NCBI GenBank assembly: GCA_001029715.1
Contig: CP011212.1
Location: 769,066-833,065, forward strand
DNA: 64,000 bases
DNA from: a candidate division TM6 bacterium GW2011_GWF2_28_16
GTDB taxonomy: Bacteria; Patescibacteriota; Microgenomatia; UBA1400; PJMF01
Direction: 5' to 3'
Shown: positions 9,910-18,397 of the stretch, piece after piece
Position numbering within the stretch: the stretch's first letter is position 1
How the letters are laid out: each line of letters begins with the position of its first letter
Notes under the pieces: model-generated
The model's database searches: none
What the model was told of the DNA's origin: nothing
Seen by the model: only the letters and a program-made list of their open reading frames with translations
Translations under genes and position numbers: made by a program

Positions 9910-10860
9910 TTAATTCCAAAGAATAGTGTCCTTAGCCAGACTAGCATTCGGCGAGTAGTATTGTAAAGGTGAGAACTCTTCTTCTTTTTGAGGAGAAACT
10001 GTCTGAATACCAGCCACAATCATTTTGCTAACCAAGATTCTATCGTTTTCTTTTGCTTTGCTGTCATTTAAGCTTTGATAAACTTCTAAACTAATCGATC
10101 CAATAAAAGCACTAAATTTTTCATCAAATTCAGAAATCGCCACTTCGCTATGTCGCCAATCTAAAATTCCATCAGCGAAATAGTCTGTAATCCATGATCT
10201 AAGTGGGAACTCTATATGAGTTTGCTCAAATAACTTTTTTCTTATTAAACGCAGATAATCCATGACGTGCTTAACTTTTAAAATATAATCGGCAATATTC
10301 ATGCCTTCCTCTTCTTGGAAAAATCTCGCTTCTCTATTTTGATAAATCTTATGATTTACCAAGTTCGCTAGAAATTCTCCCTGCAAATCCACATTTACAT
10401 ACTTAAGCAAAGATAATAATTCGACAAAAATCGCCTCAAAGTTGCGGTTAGCATTGCCTTCTGCAATATTAAGTGTTTTTTCTTTGAGAGAATCAAAGTT
10501 CCCGCTAAATTGGCCATTAACTGACGCGCTGATTTCCTCTATTGAGAAATTACTAGCTATTCTATTCATTATAATTTTAAGCATTACCATAAAGTCTGCA
10601 AATTCTAATAACCAATTTTTATTTGGCAAAAGCTTTTCTTGAGACTTATCGCTGGCCTCTAATAAAAGTTGAGTTTCTTCTTCAATTTCTGGTATTTCAG
10701 CATAAGTCGCTAGAATTAAGGAATACAAATCAGAAAACTTTTCAGAAATTAACTTAACGGGATGAGTTTCAATTTTGTAACCAACTCCAACACCACCTAT
10801 TTCTGTATTGTCACTACCAAGAAGATTAGCCATCTCTTTTTGATTATTATGAGGAATCAC
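9910..10860 (-). CDS. hypothetical protein (316 aa)
   Basis: Clean ORF between dut and tmk. No Walker motif, so not holB, which often occupies this position; no family recognised. Confidence 0.45.
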   Translation of the reverse strand: MIPHNNQKEMANLLGSDNTEIGGVGVGYKIETHPVKLISEKFSDLYSLILATYAEIPEIEEETQLLLEASDKSQEKLLPNKNWLLEFADFMVMLKIIMNRIASNFSIEEISASVNGQFSGNFDSLKEKTLNIAEGNANRNFEAIFVELLSLLKYVNVDLQGEFLANLVNHKIYQNREARFFQEEEGMNIADYILKVKHVMDYLRLIRKKLFEQTHIEFPLRSWITDYFADGILDWRHSEVAISEFDEKFSAFIGSISLEVYQSLNDSKAKENDRILVSKMIVAGIQTVSPQKEEEFSPLQYYSPNASLAKDTILWN

Positions 10861-10863
10861 TTT

Positions 10864-11301
10864 TTATTTTCTACCGGTACTGCCGAAGCCACCGCGATTA
10901 ATTGTTGTAAAAGTTTCTAATTTTTCTAACTCTATTTTTTCTCTTGGCAAAATTATCATTTGAACCAAGCGCTCTCCTTTTTCAATTTGCACCTTTTCTT
11001 TGCCAAAATTATAAAGAGCTGCTTTATATTCATCACCGTCACCGCGATAATCATAATCACCAATGCCAATTCCATTGGCCATCATTAAACCTTTTTTCTG
11101 CAGCGAACTGCGAGCTGACATCAGTACAAAATAATCTTCTGGAATTTGCAGTGCAATATTAAGTGGCACATACGCCACTTCTCCTGGAGAAATCTCTAAA
11201 TCTAGGCGACTGTAAAGATCAAGGGCCGCCGCTCCACTAGTCTTATATTCTGGCATCGGCAATGAAGAATCAAAGAGCTTGATTTTTACTTTCATAAACA
11301 T
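10864..11301 (-). CDS. dut: dUTP diphosphatase
   Basis: dUTPase motifs including the C-terminal 'RGGFGSTG' (motif V) and 'GIGIGDYDYRG'. Confidence 0.85.
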   Translation of the reverse strand: MFMKVKIKLFDSSLPMPEYKTSGAAALDLYSRLDLEISPGEVAYVPLNIALQIPEDYFVLMSARSSLQKKGLMMANGIGIGDYDYRGDGDEYKAALYNFGKEKVQIEKGERLVQMIILPREKIELEKLETFTTINRGGFGSTGRK

Positions 11302-11322
11302 TTTTCATGCTAACATAAGCTT

Positions 11323-11928
11323 ATGCAAATGGAAACTTTCACTTTGGGTAACCTACAAACCAACTGTTATTTGCTTTCTAATGAATTAACTGGCGCTGCT
11401 ATTATTATTGATCCAGCTGATGATGGAGATTTTCTTAATGATGAATTATTGCGCCAAAATCTTAAATTAGAAGCAATCGTGCTTACTCATGGCCATTTTG
11501 ATCACTGCCTAGGATTGCTTAGTCTCAAAAGTGCCTGGCGAGTGCCGATTATGATGAATTTTGCTGATCAGTTTTTATTGGAGAGAGCTCAGGCAAGTGC
11601 TTTACACTGGCTTGGTCTTGAGAGTGATCCTGTCCCTCCAGCTGATTTTGATTTGGCAGATAAAAATTCGATTGAATTAATTGGTGAAAAATTTCAAATC
11701 ATCAAAACTCCTGGACATACCCCGGGTAGTATTTGTTTGCTGCATGAAAATAGCAAACAACTTTTCAGTGGAGACACTATTTTTGCTCATGGTGACGTAG
11801 GGCGCACTGATTTTGCTTATTCAGATAGAAAAAAAATAAAAACAAGTTTAACTGAACTACGAACCATGGCTAAAAATGGCGATTACATAGAAGTTTATGC
11901 TGGTCATGGAGAAAAATTTTTCGTTTAA
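11323..11928 (+). CDS. MBL-fold metallo-hydrolase (glyoxalase II-like)
   Basis: 'THGHFDH' (HxHxDH) zinc motif plus downstream His/Asp ligands ('TPGHTPGS', 'GD'). Confidence 0.75.
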   Translation: MQMETFTLGNLQTNCYLLSNELTGAAIIIDPADDGDFLNDELLRQNLKLEAIVLTHGHFDHCLGLLSLKSAWRVPIMMNFADQFLLERAQASALHWLGLESDPVPPADFDLADKNSIELIGEKFQIIKTPGHTPGSICLLHENSKQLFSGDTIFAHGDVGRTDFAYSDRKKIKTSLTELRTMAKNGDYIEVYAGHGEKFFV

Positions 11929-11961
11929 TTGAGACTTGCTTAGATTGATGAGACTGATAAA

Positions 11962-12141
11962 ATGTCTAATCTTATGTGTGAAAGAGGTAAAGGAATACCG
12001 TCGGAAGAAGAACAAAGAGTAATCAATGAAAAAAAGTTGGAAGATCTTCTTATCTGTATAGAAGCCATTGAAGAAAAAACAAAAAAACCAATTCAAGAAC
12101 TTCTAAGAGGAGATCAGCCTACTAACGTTAGATTAAAATAA
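11962..12141 (+). CDS. unannotated small ORF (59 aa, charged/helical), absent from the supplied ORF track
   Basis: ATG at 11962 and in-frame TAA at 12139-12141, verified codon by codon: 'MSNLMCERGKGIPSEEEQRVINEKKLEDLLICIEAIEEKTKKPIQELLRGDQPTNVRLK'. Sits in a 215-bp gap after the MBL hydrolase gene on the same strand. Confidence 0.25.
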   Translation: MSNLMCERGKGIPSEEEQRVINEKKLEDLLICIEAIEEKTKKPIQELLRGDQPTNVRLK

Positions 12142-12143
12142 AA

Positions 12144-12686
12144 TTATCCTAAAGCTTCGTACTCCAATAACAAAGTTCCCTTTTCATTCAATCTATTTTG
12201 CTTTAACAAGCTAAACTCCTGTTCAATTTCGCCCTTAAACAACTTCACGCCTTCGCCAAAAATAAATGGCTCAACGGTTAGAAACATTTTGTCGACCAAG
12301 CCTTTTTCTAAAAATAAGCTGTAGATACTAGCTCCACCACAGAGAGCTACTTGCTCAACTTCTTGGCTACTTAAATTTTCTAGAATTTCTTTTGGGGTTT
12401 CATTGGTAAAAAGCAAATCTGGATCATTATGGCTAGTGTAACGTTCTGGCTGACTAGTCATCACAATGCTAACCCTATCCTGTAAAGCTTTGCCAATTGT
12501 TTCAAAGGTTTTTGAACCCATAATCATCAAGCCTATTTCTTTACTTTTTTGACTGAAAAAATCCTTGTCTTCTTTGCTAGTCCAAGCGGTTGAAGGCAAA
12601 CTTTCTTTATCTAAAGGAGCAATGAAACCATCAATACTCATTGCAGCAATTAAAATAACCTCTGGTCTATTTGTCATATTAACCAT
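12144..12686 (-). CDS. dihydrofolate reductase-like / RibD C-terminal domain family reductase
   Basis: 'EVILIAAMSIDGFIA' N-terminus and 'ALCGGASIYS' typical of the DHFR-like fold. Overlaps the next gene by 8 nt (operon). Confidence 0.6.
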   Translation of the reverse strand: MVNMTNRPEVILIAAMSIDGFIAPLDKESLPSTAWTSKEDKDFFSQKSKEIGLMIMGSKTFETIGKALQDRVSIVMTSQPERYTSHNDPDLLFTNETPKEILENLSSQEVEQVALCGGASIYSLFLEKGLVDKMFLTVEPFIFGEGVKLFKGEIEQEFSLLKQNRLNEKGTLLLEYEALG

Positions 12687-13461
12687 TTCCTTTTTGCCAA
12701 TCTACACCGATGAGAAGTGGTGCATATAGATCATCTTTCAGATCAATTTTACTATTTTCTAACTCTTCTTTGCTTGGTTCGTGATCGAGAAATTGTACTT
12801 TTTTTAGGTCAGAGACTAAAACAAAAGGAGTTTGCTCTGCCACTTCGCCCATTTCAAATGTAGCCGCAACACCTAAGGCTTCAGCAACGTTAACCTGTTC
12901 CATTACCATTTCTCTACCAAAAATATCTTTCTGACCAATATGATTATTAAGTGACTTAAAACCACAGCTAGCAATGGCTGTCCCAACCACTCCCCAACGC
13001 AAAGGGAAAGAACGACTGTCAGTGGTGATTACTCCAAAATTTTTCAATCCATGTTTATTGCGTAAATATTTCCAAACTGCATTTAAAGTTTCTTGAATTT
13101 TTTCTGGCCAAAGCACAAAACAGCCCTCTCCATTTAACGAAGCATTTGACTCATCAATGCCAGCGTTAACGATCAGAGTTGAATTTTTAATACTGAGCAT
13201 TAGGTCAAACTTAGAAGAATTAGGATCGGTATATAGCTCGGCTTCTTTTCTGACTAAAGCATGCTTTTGTTCTTTCGAATTAGCCTCTTTTTTGACTAAA
13301 CGTCCCTGACAATAACTAATGATTTTAGAACTAATGGCCAAAACTGAATTTTCTGGCAAATGACCCTTTAAATTAGAATCCGCATTGATTGCCTGATCAA
13401 TAACCGCAAAAAGATCATCATTGGCTTGAATAACACGAGACTTAATGGCTTGAACTTGCAT
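12679..13461 (-). CDS. CofE-like F420-0:gamma-glutamyl ligase family protein (folate/F420-type gamma-glutamyl ligase fold)
   Basis: 'IVNAGIDESNA' and 'GVITTDSRSFPLRWG' motifs characteristic of the CofE/FbiB N-domain family. Confidence 0.55.
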   Translation of the reverse strand: MQVQAIKSRVIQANDDLFAVIDQAINADSNLKGHLPENSVLAISSKIISYCQGRLVKKEANSKEQKHALVRKEAELYTDPNSSKFDLMLSIKNSTLIVNAGIDESNASLNGEGCFVLWPEKIQETLNAVWKYLRNKHGLKNFGVITTDSRSFPLRWGVVGTAIASCGFKSLNNHIGQKDIFGREMVMEQVNVAEALGVAATFEMGEVAEQTPFVLVSDLKKVQFLDHEPSKEELENSKIDLKDDLYAPLLIGVDWQKGNG

Positions 13462-13524
13462 TGGGATTATTATACATGATAGATACTTGATATCCTTGTC
13501 TTAGCTTGCTACATTGTCTTTATA

Positions 13525-14397
13525 ATGTCACATAAACTCTCCCCCTACCAAAAATTACTCAAGGAAATTTTGGATGAAGGAGATCAAAGTAAAACCCAAC
13601 AAGAAGTCGATAGTATTAGCAAAATTGCACCTGCTTCACTCCATTTCAAACTCAGTGAAGGTTTTCCAATTATTACTGAGCGCAAAATCAGCGAAAAAAT
13701 GTGGAAAGGCGCAATTGGCGAAATCATTGGTTTCATCAACGGTGCACGCACTCAAACTGAATTAGAAAAATATGGTTGTAACTGGTGGAAATCTTGGGTG
13801 ACTGAGGCTAAATGCAAAAAACGTGGTCTCGAAACTGGTGATCTTGGTCCTGGTTCCTACGGCGCTGCTTTTCATGATTTTCCCACCGCTGACGGGGGTA
13901 CTTTTAACCAATTCAAAGAAATCATTGAACAAATTAAAGAATTACCTCACCTCAAAACTCACTTTATCACTCCCTGGATTCCTCAGTACACTATTCGCGG
14001 TAAAGGCAAAACTCAAAAAGTCGTCGTTTGCCCATGTCATGGCTGGATTCACATCCGCATTATCGATAACAAATTAACTTTACATATGTTCCAACGCTCC
14101 TGTGACGTCCCGATTGGTCTTCCGGCCAATCTTGCACAGTATGCAGCTCTGACCATGATGATCGCCCAAGTAACTGGTTATGAGGCTTACGAATATATTC
14201 ATAGTTTTTCTGATGCTCATATTTTTGTCGACCAGATTGATCATGTTAAAGAATTAATTAAGCGCGAAACTCGCCCTTTGCCAAAAATGATTCTCAAAAA
14301 CAAAAAAGACAATCTTTTTGATTACCGCGTCGACGATTTTGAATTAGTTGATTACGATCCAAACCCAGGAATGTGGGACATTCCAGTAGCAGTTTAA
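13525..14397 (+). CDS. thyA: thymidylate synthase (ThyA type)
   Basis: Catalytic Cys in 'VVCPCHGWIH' and the conserved 'FQRSCDVPIGLPANLAQYAALTMMIAQ' block. Confidence 0.85.
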   Translation: MSHKLSPYQKLLKEILDEGDQSKTQQEVDSISKIAPASLHFKLSEGFPIITERKISEKMWKGAIGEIIGFINGARTQTELEKYGCNWWKSWVTEAKCKKRGLETGDLGPGSYGAAFHDFPTADGGTFNQFKEIIEQIKELPHLKTHFITPWIPQYTIRGKGKTQKVVVCPCHGWIHIRIIDNKLTLHMFQRSCDVPIGLPANLAQYAALTMMIAQVTGYEAYEYIHSFSDAHIFVDQIDHVKELIKRETRPLPKMILKNKKDNLFDYRVDDFELVDYDPNPGMWDIPVAV

Positions 14398-14409
14398 GCG
14401 AAAGTTAAA

Positions 14410-14880
14410 ATGGCACAAAACAAAAATGATTTTATTAATGTTAATAATTCCAGAGAAAAAGATCAGGTTGAAGTAATGAAAAAAATTGCCAATGAGGCTC
14501 ATTGTCCTTTTTGCCTAGAAAATTTGCGACTTTATCACAAGAAACCCATCCTCAAAGAAGGCAAGTTTTGGGTTATTACTACCAATCAATGGCCTTATGA
14601 ACACACCAAACACCATTTTCTTTTGATTTATAAAGAGCACGCTACTAAATTAACTGATTTAGAAACTGAAGCTGGCAATGAACTTTTTAGCATGATTAAA
14701 GATCTAGAAAAAGAATATCATTTTGAAGGTGGTGGCTTAGCAATGCGCTTTGGAGACACTGACTTTTCTGCCGGCACCGTTAATCATTTGCACGTACAAC
14801 TAGTAGTTCCAGATGCAATGGCCAAAGATTTTGAACCCGTGAAAATTAAAATTGGCTTGCAGTGGGAAAAGAGAAAATAG
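14410..14880 (+). CDS. HIT-like (histidine triad) nucleotide hydrolase/transferase family protein
   Basis: 'CPFC' N-terminal motif and triad-like 'VNHLHVQLVVP'. Confidence 0.5.
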   Translation: MAQNKNDFINVNNSREKDQVEVMKKIANEAHCPFCLENLRLYHKKPILKEGKFWVITTNQWPYEHTKHHFLLIYKEHATKLTDLETEAGNELFSMIKDLEKEYHFEGGGLAMRFGDTDFSAGTVNHLHVQLVVPDAMAKDFEPVKIKIGLQWEKRK

Positions 14881-14881
14881 A

Positions 14882-15802
14882 TTATTTCTTCAGCATGTAG
14901 CAGTTCTCAACCATGCTAGCTTGATTTTCCAATTTTTCAATTTCAACAAATTCTTTTTCGGAAAATTTAACCAAAATTACTTCTATACCAAAGCTCTTAA
15001 AAATCTCTAAACCATCAAGTAAAGCATAGCCTTTGGCATAATAAACTTTTTTAATGCCAGCGACGGCAATCTGTTTGGCGCAAACTGGACAAGGAAAAGT
15101 AGTTACAAACATTTCTGCACCATCTAAAGCAATACCTTGCTTAGCGGCTAAAGCAATTAGGTCTGCTTCAGCATGAATTGAACTACTAAAATCAATTCCA
15201 ACCCCAGAAGTAAAAGAAATTCTTGGATCACTATTTTTATATTGTTCATCATTATTTGGTAAATGTTTGTTAGAACCTGCAAAAATTACTTGACCGTTCT
15301 TCATAATCAGACCACCAACATGACGCCACCAATCACTACTTTTACCAGCCTGCATGAAAGCCTTAATCATCATTTTTTGTTCAAAATCTGCTTTGCTAAT
15401 CACAATATCCTTAGGAGCATCATTTTGTTTAGACATGAGATTTCTATCCCAACGCAAAAAGATTGGTTCAAAAGTTTTGTTTGCTGCTTTGGCAAAAAAT
15501 TCTTGAGCTATAAATTGGCCAATGTCGTCGCTAGTAAACACAAAACTATTTGAGTAATCTAATTGCTCTAAATTTTTAATTTTGATTGATTTAACAATAT
15601 TAAATATGTGCCATGAATTGATAGCTTGTTCAGTTAAAGATAGATCTAAAACCCGAATATCTTTTTTTAAATATTCTAATTCTTCAAAGCTTAGGAGCTC
15701 TTCTCTATCCAAAAGCCAAAGCTCAGCGCCGCGATATTTTTCAAAAAATTCCTGATAGCCGCGATGTAAAACGGGCACATAAGCGATGAGAATTTGTTTC
15801 AT
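14882..15802 (-). CDS. dCMP deaminase-family zinc deaminase with an N-terminal ~150-aa extension of unknown function
   Basis: C-terminal 'HAEADLIA...TTFPCPVCAKQIAVAG' (H-A-E + PCxxC) zinc-binding signature. Confidence 0.7.
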   Translation of the reverse strand: MKQILIAYVPVLHRGYQEFFEKYRGAELWLLDREELLSFEELEYLKKDIRVLDLSLTEQAINSWHIFNIVKSIKIKNLEQLDYSNSFVFTSDDIGQFIAQEFFAKAANKTFEPIFLRWDRNLMSKQNDAPKDIVISKADFEQKMMIKAFMQAGKSSDWWRHVGGLIMKNGQVIFAGSNKHLPNNDEQYKNSDPRISFTSGVGIDFSSSIHAEADLIALAAKQGIALDGAEMFVTTFPCPVCAKQIAVAGIKKVYYAKGYALLDGLEIFKSFGIEVILVKFSEKEFVEIEKLENQASMVENCYMLKK

Positions 15803-15809
15803 ATTAGCC

Positions 15810-16373
15810 TTAAGAGGTTTTTAATTCCTCAAGCACTTCTTCAATACTTTTGATTAATTTAGTGCGCATCCGATCTTGAAGTTTGCGAGCTGTATTCATT
15901 TGCATTAAACGAATTTTAGCTGTTGTAGAAGTAGTCGCCATTGGCTCTAAAACTACCACTTTGCCACAAATTTTTTCTAATTTCTTAATGGTTTCTTCAT
16001 CGTAAGTTTTGGCTGTAGCAATCAAAACGTCTGGCTTAATTAATTTGATCAAATTAAACTTAGCCTCGCCTGCTTCCTTCATAACCACATAATCAACACT
16101 GCGCAGATGAGTTAACATTTCCATACGTTCGTCTTCTGGCACAATTGGACGATTTGGTCCCTTGCGTTGACGAACTTTTTCGTCACTATCAACTCCAACA
16201 ATTAGGGCATCACCGTAATCACGAGCTCTATCACAGTAGCGAGCATGACCAATGTGCACCAGGTCAAAAGAGCCCTGAGTGAGAACTATACGTTTGTTTT
16301 CTTGACGTAGTTTTTTGACTATCGCCACGATATCCTGAGCTTGAAGAATGATGTGGGAATTACAATCGGTCAT
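15810..16373 (-). CDS. cytidylyl/adenylyltransferase-fold protein resembling HldE domain II (D-beta-D-heptose-1-phosphate adenylyltransferase)
   Basis: 'LTQGSFDLVHIGHARYCDRARDYGDALIVGVDSDEKVRQRKGPNRPIVPEDERMEMLTHLRSVDYVV' matches the GxFDxxHxGH...GVNSD...KG..RP...ER pattern of RfaE/HldE domain II. Confidence 0.6.
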   Translation of the reverse strand: MTDCNSHIILQAQDIVAIVKKLRQENKRIVLTQGSFDLVHIGHARYCDRARDYGDALIVGVDSDEKVRQRKGPNRPIVPEDERMEMLTHLRSVDYVVMKEAGEAKFNLIKLIKPDVLIATAKTYDEETIKKLEKICGKVVVLEPMATTSTTAKIRLMQMNTARKLQDRMRTKLIKSIEEVLEELKTS

Positions 16374-17146
16374 AATGATAAAGAATAAGGCACTTGATGT
16401 TTAAAAGCTGTTTTTTTGACCCGCTCTAAAACTTTTTTTACTAAATCCTGTTGATCTTTGGCAAAAAGAACTGGAATTTCACTTTCTGCTTTTTGTTGAT
16501 CAATTAGATAATATAGTACTTGGTCAGCTAATTCATAAGTAAAACCAAATTCTGCTTCATCGCTCTGCCCTTGCCATAAGCCAGCAGAAGGTGCTTTTTC
16601 TAAAAAGACCGCTGGTAGCTTTAATTCTTCAGCAAACTGGCGAACCTGGGTCTTATATAAGCTTATAAGTGGTTCAATATCAGAGGCTTGGTCGCCAAAT
16701 CTAGTAAAATAACCTAAATAGTGCTCGGATTTATTTTCTGTACCCACTACTAAAGCATTTTTACTTTTAGCATAATCAAAAACTGCCACCATACGCATTC
16801 TGGCCATGACGTTACCTTTGCGTAATTTGTCATCCTCATCAATTTGCAAAGACTTGCAAGCTGCATCAACCATAGAAGCAATGTTTAATACTTTTCTATT
16901 TTCAAAAGGAATTTGCCAAAAATCTAAAATTGTCTCCGCATCAGTCATATCTTGACGATTATATGGCAATAAAATTGGCCAAATTTGTTCTTTTGGCAAA
17001 GCTTTAGCGAGCAAAGAAAGTGACAGTGCGCTATCTATTCCCCCAGAAACAGCAATGACTGCAGCTTTTTTATTGGCTTGCAAAAAAGTATCTCGTAAAA
17101 ACTCAACAATTAAGGAAACTTGCTTCGAAGATGAAGAATTATGCAT
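16370..17146 (-). CDS. nadE: NH3-dependent NAD+ synthetase
   Basis: PP-loop 'AVSGGIDSA' and 'GTENKSEHYLGYFTRFGD'. Confidence 0.85.
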   Translation of the reverse strand: MHNSSSSKQVSLIVEFLRDTFLQANKKAAVIAVSGGIDSALSLSLLAKALPKEQIWPILLPYNRQDMTDAETILDFWQIPFENRKVLNIASMVDAACKSLQIDEDDKLRKGNVMARMRMVAVFDYAKSKNALVVGTENKSEHYLGYFTRFGDQASDIEPLISLYKTQVRQFAEELKLPAVFLEKAPSAGLWQGQSDEAEFGFTYELADQVLYYLIDQQKAESEIPVLFAKDQQDLVKKVLERVKKTAFKHQVPYSLSL

Positions 17147-17158
17147 AAAAATCTCAAA

Positions 17159-17470
17159 CTAGCGTTTAAGACGCTTAATTGTTTTTTTGGCAGTTTTTTT
17201 TATTGATGCAACTACTTTATTTTCGTCTTTTTTGACGAAAAAAAGTAAGTAGACAATTGGCAAAATACCGACTGTATTAAAAATAATTAAAACAACAAAC
17301 CAAACTAATTGATTAGCTCTAGCAGCTTTCCACAAAGAAATTGCCTTTAAAACTCCGTCCAGAATAATCAAAAAGATAAAAGCGCTTGCAAAAGTACCAA
17401 AAATTGATAAGAAATCATTCGACATATAAGGGGCTGAATTAATTAATTGCATAGACCTCAATTTTAGCAC
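17159..17470 (-). CDS. small membrane protein (2 predicted helices, basic C-terminal tail)
   Basis: 103-aa ORF with two hydrophobic segments and a 'KKTAKKTIKRLKR' tail. Confidence 0.4.
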   Translation of the reverse strand: MLKLRSMQLINSAPYMSNDFLSIFGTFASAFIFLIILDGVLKAISLWKAARANQLVWFVVLIIFNTVGILPIVYLLFFVKKDENKVVASIKKTAKKTIKRLKR

Positions 17471-17474
17471 ATTT

Positions 17475-17783
17475 TTATTTGACTAACTTTACTTTCACTC
17501 CAACCATGTCAATTTGATCAAAGTCTTTTCTGACTAAATCCCAAAATTTTTCTGATAATTTTTGCGAGTAAGTACTGTAAACTCCTCTGCCCATAGCACT
17601 ACAAAGACGGCGATCAAAATCTCTGATTTTATCAACTACTTTTTGTCCAACTTGGTGAAATTCAACTGCATTTTTCTCTGGATTTTCTCTAAAAAGATCA
17701 TTGATCTTCAAAAATTCATCAAAGAGCTGACGATTCTCAGTCACCATTTTTTGATAGTATTCGTTGTACTTGGTTTTTGCCAT
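17475..17783 (-). CDS. hypothetical protein (102 aa)
   Basis: ORF between nadD and the membrane protein; no motif. Confidence 0.4.
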   Translation of the reverse strand: MAKTKYNEYYQKMVTENRQLFDEFLKINDLFRENPEKNAVEFHQVGQKVVDKIRDFDRRLCSAMGRGVYSTYSQKLSEKFWDLVRKDFDQIDMVGVKVKLVK

Positions 17784-17791
17784 CTTGGTTT

Positions 17792-18394
17792 TTAAACAAA
17801 GAGTTTATTTTCCTTAATATATTTAATTACTTTAGCATTCAATAAACCATCAAGACTAGTCTTGTTTTTAAATGCCCTCCTCACTTTTGTTGAAGAAACT
17901 TCCATTTTTGGAAAATCCTTCAAAGCGATCATACCCTCATAAAAAGGCAGAAGTTCAAAAGCAATTCTTGGATAAACATAAAAAGGATATTTTTTTAGCA
18001 TTAGCTGATAGTCGTTCCACAAATGAAATTTCTCTAAATTATCCGAACCAATTAAAAAAGAAAATTGGTGCTCTGGATGTTTTTTGGAAAGAGCCTTCAA
18101 AGTTGAAAAAGTTTGACTTTCCTCATCATGCTCTAGTTCATATTTTTCCAAAAAGATTTTATTTTTGAGGGAGGGATTTTTTTCAACAATGCTATTAACC
18201 ATTAGTTCCAACATCGCCAAACGGTGTTCATTGCTAACAAATTTTTTGGCAAAACTATGCTGACCAACTGGTAAAATCCACAGCTGATCAAGACTAGAAC
18301 CATCTGCAAGAGTTTTGGTTAAAACTTGTTCAATCATCATTTGATGACCAAGATGAGGTGGATTAAAAGTTCCTCCAAAAACAAGAGTTTTCAT
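17792..18394 (-). CDS. nadD: nicotinate-nucleotide adenylyltransferase
   Basis: 'VFGGTFNPPHLGH' (H/T-x-G-H nucleotidyltransferase motif). Confidence 0.8.
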   Translation of the reverse strand: MKTLVFGGTFNPPHLGHQMMIEQVLTKTLADGSSLDQLWILPVGQHSFAKKFVSNEHRLAMLELMVNSIVEKNPSLKNKIFLEKYELEHDEESQTFSTLKALSKKHPEHQFSFLIGSDNLEKFHLWNDYQLMLKKYPFYVYPRIAFELLPFYEGMIALKDFPKMEVSSTKVRRAFKNKTSLDGLLNAKVIKYIKENKLFV

Positions 18395-18397
18395 AAT

